From positions 1 to 64,000 of the forward strand of contig CAVTNB010000003.1 of the NCBI GenBank assembly GCA_963736005.1: a stretch of 64,000 nt of DNA, given 5' to 3'. The DNA is from an uncultured Pseudomonadota bacterium (lineage in GTDB: Bacteria; Vulcanimicrobiota; Vulcanimicrobiia; Eremiobacterales; Eremiobacteraceae). The stretch's first letter is position 1. Every line of letters begins with the position of its first letter. Made by a program: the position numbers and the translations under genes. The notes under the pieces were generated by a model. The model had not been told where the DNA came from, did not search any database, and was given only the letters and a program-made list of their open reading frames with translations. Shown here piece by piece: positions 58,206-64,000 of the stretch.

Positions 58206-58976
58206 TTGAAACGCTTGTTTTTGCCTTTGATTGGTGCAGTTGTGTGCGCGCTCATCTTCGCAAGGGCGGCCGGAGCGGACACGTCTCCAGTTCCTGCTGC
58301 CTCACCAAACCTCGCAACGATCATGGGCAGATATACACAGGCGCTCGGCGGGCGCGACTTGCTGTCGAAAATCACCACGCAGGTTTCAGTCTTTAGCTTT
58401 ATGATTGCCGGCCACACGATGGTCGTCACCACGACAACCAAAGCTCCGACATTTTATCTCCAAGTGGTCGCGCCCGAAGGTGGGGGCGTTAAGCTGACGA
58501 CGGGCTTCAATGGAAAGCTTGCTTGGTTGCAGGATCAAAGCGGCGTCGTGCATCTTCTCGCAGGCCAACGACGATCAGAACTCATTACTGATGCAGTTGC
58601 AGCAAACAGCTCTGAGATCTTTAGCGACCGCTGGCCCACAATCGTGTCACTGAAACCTTCGGAGACAATCGATGGGAAGTTGTATTATGTCGTCAACGTC
58701 GCTCCCAAGGCTGGCATCCCACACGACATGCTCATCGACACGCACACGTTCCAACCGATGATGGATCGATCGGTTGAGCCGGATGCCACATCAATCTCGA
58801 CGGTGGATGCCTTTGGCGCCGGACCCTTAGGCGAGCTGTACCCCACAAGTCTGACGACCACGCGCTCGGATGGCTTTCCAACCATTACCTCAACGATGCG
58901 CACGGTCAAAGATAATGTGCCGGTTGCGAATTCTCTCTTCTCGCCGCCCGCAAGCCAAGGAACGGAGACCATCTAG
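58206..58976 (+). CDS. Secreted hypothetical protein (possibly LolA-like fold)
   Basis: TTG 58206 after GAGGAGG; signal peptide; Y.QALGG, GFNG..AW, C-terminal N......F..P. Confidence 0.7.
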   Translation: MKRLFLPLIGAVVCALIFARAAGADTSPVPAASPNLATIMGRYTQALGGRDLLSKITTQVSVFSFMIAGHTMVVTTTTKAPTFYLQVVAPEGGGVKLTTGFNGKLAWLQDQSGVVHLLAGQRRSELITDAVAANSSEIFSDRWPTIVSLKPSETIDGKLYYVVNVAPKAGIPHDMLIDTHTFQPMMDRSVEPDATSISTVDAFGAGPLGELYPTSLTTTRSDGFPTITSTMRTVKDNVPVANSLFSPPASQGTETI

Positions 58977-58981
58977 CGACC

Positions 58982-60728
<1,747 letters not shown>

Positions 60729-60732
<4 letters not shown>

Positions 60733-60815
60733 TGTTCGAATTTACTCTCGCAAGTAGTGTCGCGAATTTACTCTCGCAATGTAGTGTCGCGAATTTATTC
60801 GCGACAATAATGTAG
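60729..60815 (+). repeat. Three tandem GTAG-type REP units
   Basis: GTAGTGTTCGAATTTACTCTCGCAA / GTAGTGTCGCGAATTTACTCTCGCAAT / GTAGTGTCGCGAATTTATTCGCGACAA; no unique spacers. Confidence 0.75.
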
Positions 60816-60820
60816 CCCAC

Positions 60821-61837
60821 ATGCGCTTGCTCGGCATCGAGACTTCATGCGACGACACAGCCGCTGCTGTGGTGGTGGACGGCTATACCGTGCTGAGCAA
60901 TGTCTTGGCAAGTCAGGATGAATTCCATCGCGAGTATGGTGGCATCGTGCCGGAGATCGCCAGTCGCAAGCACGCGGAGACAATCAATGGGGTGATCGAG
61001 CTCGCGCTGCGCAAAGCTGGGAGTAGCTTTGACCGCCTTGACGGCATTGCGGTCACCTGCGGGCCCGGCTTGCCCGGCAGTCTGGTCGTCGGCGTGGCGG
61101 CCGCTCAAGCCATCGCATTTGCGCGCGACCTGCCTGCCTATGCGGTGAACCATCTGCATGGCCACCTGTTTGCGAACTACCTCGAGAACCCGCAACACCC
61201 CGGACAGCCGGCACCGGCGACCCCATTTCTGTGTTTGGTCGTTTCCGGCGGGCATACGGACTTGATCTTGGTCGAGTCGCCAGGCCGGCATCGAGTGGTC
61301 GGCCGTACGCTCGACGATGCCGCGGGCGAAGCATACGACAAGGTCGCACGACTCTTAGGACTGGGCTTTCCAGGAGGCCCGCTGCTCGATCGTCTCGCCC
61401 AATCCGGCGACAGGCACGCGTTCGAGTTCCCCCGTGGACTCGTCCGCGACTCATCGTTCAATTTCAGTTTTTCGGGATTAAAGACTGCTGTGCGCTACCA
61501 CCTCGACGCTCACCCGCAGGATCGCGAGGACCGGTGTGCAGACCTCGCCGCAAGCTTCCAAGCCGCAGTCGTCGATTCGCTTTGCGAAAAGACGCTTCGA
61601 GCGGCGCGCGAGTTAGAACAAACAACTATTGCCCTTGCGGGAGGCGTCGCGGCAAATTCTTCCTTACGAAGCGAACTCGTCCGCCGTGCTGCCAAAGAGG
61701 GTATCTCGGTGATTATGCCCCCGTTGCAATATTGCACGGACAATGCTGCGATGATTGCCGCAGCAGCATTCTACCGGGGAGATCTCGCCTTGGTACGCCC
61801 AGAGGAACTGCGCGTCGACCCTAACTTTGCGTGGTAG
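60821..61837 (+). CDS. tsaD: tRNA N6-adenosine threonylcarbamoyltransferase TsaD
   Basis: GIETSCDDT, GGIVPEIASRKH, VNHLHGH, SGGHT, DDAAGEAYDK, FSFSGLKT, CTDNAAM. Confidence 0.97.
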   Translation: MRLLGIETSCDDTAAAVVVDGYTVLSNVLASQDEFHREYGGIVPEIASRKHAETINGVIELALRKAGSSFDRLDGIAVTCGPGLPGSLVVGVAAAQAIAFARDLPAYAVNHLHGHLFANYLENPQHPGQPAPATPFLCLVVSGGHTDLILVESPGRHRVVGRTLDDAAGEAYDKVARLLGLGFPGGPLLDRLAQSGDRHAFEFPRGLVRDSSFNFSFSGLKTAVRYHLDAHPQDREDRCADLAASFQAAVVDSLCEKTLRAARELEQTTIALAGGVAANSSLRSELVRRAAKEGISVIMPPLQYCTDNAAMIAAAAFYRGDLALVRPEELRVDPNFAW

Positions 61838-61840
61838 CCT

Positions 61841-61896
61841 GGGGCGACTTTCCAATCGCCCTCTACAGGGAGCGGACCTAAAGGTCCGCTGCTACA
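61841..61896 (-). repeat. GTAG-type REP doublet between convergent tsaD and pyk
   Basis: GGGGCGACTTTCCAATCGCCCTCTACA and AGCGGACCTAAAGGTCCGCTGCTACA. Confidence 0.75.
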
Positions 61897-63325
61897 TTCC
61901 AGTTTCTTCGCCGGGGCGGAGTATTTTCAAAAGATTAGTGCGGCCCGCGACACCGAGCGGTGTGCCGCCAACGAGAACCACTGCCTGGCCCTTGACCACG
62001 ACCTCAAGCGCCAGGAGTTCTTCCTCGACCACCGCGATTAACTCGTCAGTCGTCTTGCCAAAATCCAGGACCCGCGGCTGCACCGCCCAGTCGAGCATCA
62101 GTCGGTGCGCAATCGTTTCGTTAGGCACGAAGGCGTACACGGGAACCGATGGCCGGTCCTTGCTGACGATGCGCGCGGAAAAACCAGTGCGCGTGAATGC
62201 GGCGATGGCTTGCACGTCGATCGATTCGGTAATCGAAATGGCAGCCTGCGAGATGGCTTGCGAATCGCTGGTCACACTAGTGCGGCGCCGGTCGCGAGTG
62301 GGTGGAAAGCTGCGCTCCACTTCGAACGAGATACGAACCATTGTCGCGACGGACTCAATTGGGTATTCACCTGCGGCTGTCTCGCCCGAGAGCATGATTG
62401 CGTCGGTGCCGTCGATAATCGCGTTTGCGACATCCGAGGCCTCAGCGCGAGTGGGTCGAGGGCTGTGAATCATCGATTCGAGCATCTGCGTGGCGGTAAT
62501 CACCGGCTTGAGGTGAACGCGTGCGCGCTGGATGATCTGTTTCTGGAGGGTCGGAACGCGCTCGGGAGCCATTTCGACGCCGAGGTCTCCGCGCGCAACC
62601 ATAACGGCGTCGGCGACATCCAGGATTTCCTCGAGGGCGTCGACGGCTTCGGGTTTTTCGATCTTCGCCACGACCGGCGTATCGGCGCCTGCTGCTTGTA
62701 CTGCGTCTTTTGCATCTCTCACGTCGGCCGCGCTTCGCACAAACGAGAGGGCGATAAAATCCGCTCCCTCGCGTACGGCCAGCGCAAGATCGTCTCGATC
62801 TTTTTCCGTCAGCGATGGCGAGGATACATGCACGCCCGGGAGGTTCATACCTTTGTGCTCGCCGAGCTCGCCGCCATTGACGACCGTCGTCGCGACGACC
62901 GAACCACCCGAAGAGACGACGCGCAATTCGATCTTGCCGTCGTCAAGGAGAATACGATCGCCGGCTTTGACATCATTTGGCAGAGCCGCATAGGTCGTTG
63001 CGACCCGTTGCGCATTACCTACGACATGTGCGGTCGTTATCTCGAATGGCGCACCGCTTACAAGATGGACGGGCTCGTGCCCCTCGAGCTCACCAACCCT
63101 GAGCTTTGGTCCTTGCAGATCTGCAAGCACCGACACGATCGCGCCGCACTGACGCTCGGTCGTTCGGATGAGCCGAGTCCAGTCGCGAAACTGATCTCGG
63201 GTCGCATGTGACATGTTGATACGAAAGACGTTGACGCCGGTGTCGACGAGCTGTCTCAAAATTGCCGGCTCGCATGACGCGGGTCCGAGCGTGGCAACGA
63301 TCTTGGTGCGTCGAAACGGGTTCAC
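61892..63325 (-). CDS. pyk: Pyruvate kinase
   Basis: RRTKIVATLGP, DLQGPK, KIEK, VARGDLG, ATQMLESM, PTRAE, MLSGETA; GTG 63325 overlaps the purN stop. Confidence 0.97.
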   Translation of the reverse strand: MNPFRRTKIVATLGPASCEPAILRQLVDTGVNVFRINMSHATRDQFRDWTRLIRTTERQCGAIVSVLADLQGPKLRVGELEGHEPVHLVSGAPFEITTAHVVGNAQRVATTYAALPNDVKAGDRILLDDGKIELRVVSSGGSVVATTVVNGGELGEHKGMNLPGVHVSSPSLTEKDRDDLALAVREGADFIALSFVRSAADVRDAKDAVQAAGADTPVVAKIEKPEAVDALEEILDVADAVMVARGDLGVEMAPERVPTLQKQIIQRARVHLKPVITATQMLESMIHSPRPTRAEASDVANAIIDGTDAIMLSGETAAGEYPIESVATMVRISFEVERSFPPTRDRRRTSVTSDSQAISQAAISITESIDVQAIAAFTRTGFSARIVSKDRPSVPVYAFVPNETIAHRLMLDWAVQPRVLDFGKTTDELIAVVEEELLALEVVVKGQAVVLVGGTPLGVAGRTNLLKILRPGEETGM

Positions 63326-63957
63326 GCCGGGCACCGCTTTGCAATCCATCGCAAGACGCCCTCGCGCACGACCTCCTGCTCGACAACATGCAGCCGTACG
63401 AGCGCTGTGGCTTCGTCTTCCTGCGGCGACAATTGCATGGGTTTGCGCGCCAAGACCGGTCCGCGGTCGACGCGCGGTGTAATTTCGATGAGGCTCGCGC
63501 CCGTGCAGGGTACTCGGGCCTCCAGGGCATCGCGCAATGCTCGGGCGCCGCGAAATGCCGGCGTCAGCGTGCCATCGGGAAAGCGCACCGTGTCGGCCGC
63601 TGGATCTTCTGGCAAATAAGCCGGATGCAGATTGAGGACGCCCTCGAACCCGGCGGTGAGAAATTCCGGCGCAAGCACGTGCATCCAGCCGAGCAGCAAG
63701 ACCAATCGCGATCCGCTCGTTCGGATCACTGATGCGAGACGAACGGCATACGCGGCTCGATCTTCTTTCTGGCGGTCGAAGATTGCGACTGATGTGGGAA
63801 TCCCAGCGCGAGTGGCGCGCTCGAGCGCAAGAGCATCGGCATTGTTTGAGACGACCAGCCGGATGTCGAGCGGCAACAATCCGGCACGCGCCGCATCGAT
63901 AACGGCCTGCAGATTTGTGCCGCTCCCGGAGGCCAAGATTGCCGTCGCTGTTGGCAT
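63322..63957 (-). CDS. purN: Phosphoribosylglycinamide formyltransferase (divergent)
   Basis: ASGSGTNLQA, VVSN, GWMHVL, NLHP, VDRGP; ATG 63957 (ORF track start 63975). Confidence 0.82.
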   Translation of the reverse strand: MPTATAILASGSGTNLQAVIDAARAGLLPLDIRLVVSNNADALALERATRAGIPTSVAIFDRQKEDRAAYAVRLASVIRTSGSRLVLLLGWMHVLAPEFLTAGFEGVLNLHPAYLPEDPAADTVRFPDGTLTPAFRGARALRDALEARVPCTGASLIEITPRVDRGPVLARKPMQLSPQEDEATALVRLHVVEQEVVREGVLRWIAKRCPA

Positions 63958-64000
63958 GCTAGGCGCCACCGACAATCACGCTGGGGCCGCATTGATGGCG

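Noticed and set aside
62105..63211. 368-aa plus-strand ORF
   Set aside because: Antisense to pyk

Overview
GC-rich bacterial DNA from a diderm (TolC present). The gene style (cyclase-STAND ATPase paralogs, PDZ-TM-GAF protein, many secreted hypotheticals) resembles Candidatus Eremiobacterota/WPS-2; this is an inference, not tested. The left ~45 kb is an accessory-looking mosaic of redox, methyltransferase, secreted and signalling genes. The right ~19 kb holds two MacAB-type exporters and housekeeping genes (thrS, tsaD, pyk, purN), interspersed with GTAG-type REP palindromes. The standout is a divergent locus at ~16.9-25.4 kb built from lasso-peptide RiPP parts: PqqD/RRE, HPr-kinase-like kinase, transglutaminase-like B2 leader peptidase and NTP_transf_5 nucleotidyltransferase. 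These are combined with three GT2 glycosyltransferases, an SDR and a Wzx-like flippase, but there is no lasso cyclase and no free-standing precursor gene. Instead the RRE carries a C-terminal tail starting with a lasso-leader-like W-x-x-P-x-I motif, suggesting an RRE-fused precursor for a phospho/glyco-peptide. thrS and one MacA-like gene are frameshifted in this sequence, probably through assembly indels. No rRNA, tRNA, CRISPR array or transposase was recognised. All family calls come from motif recognition by eye; no database searches were run.
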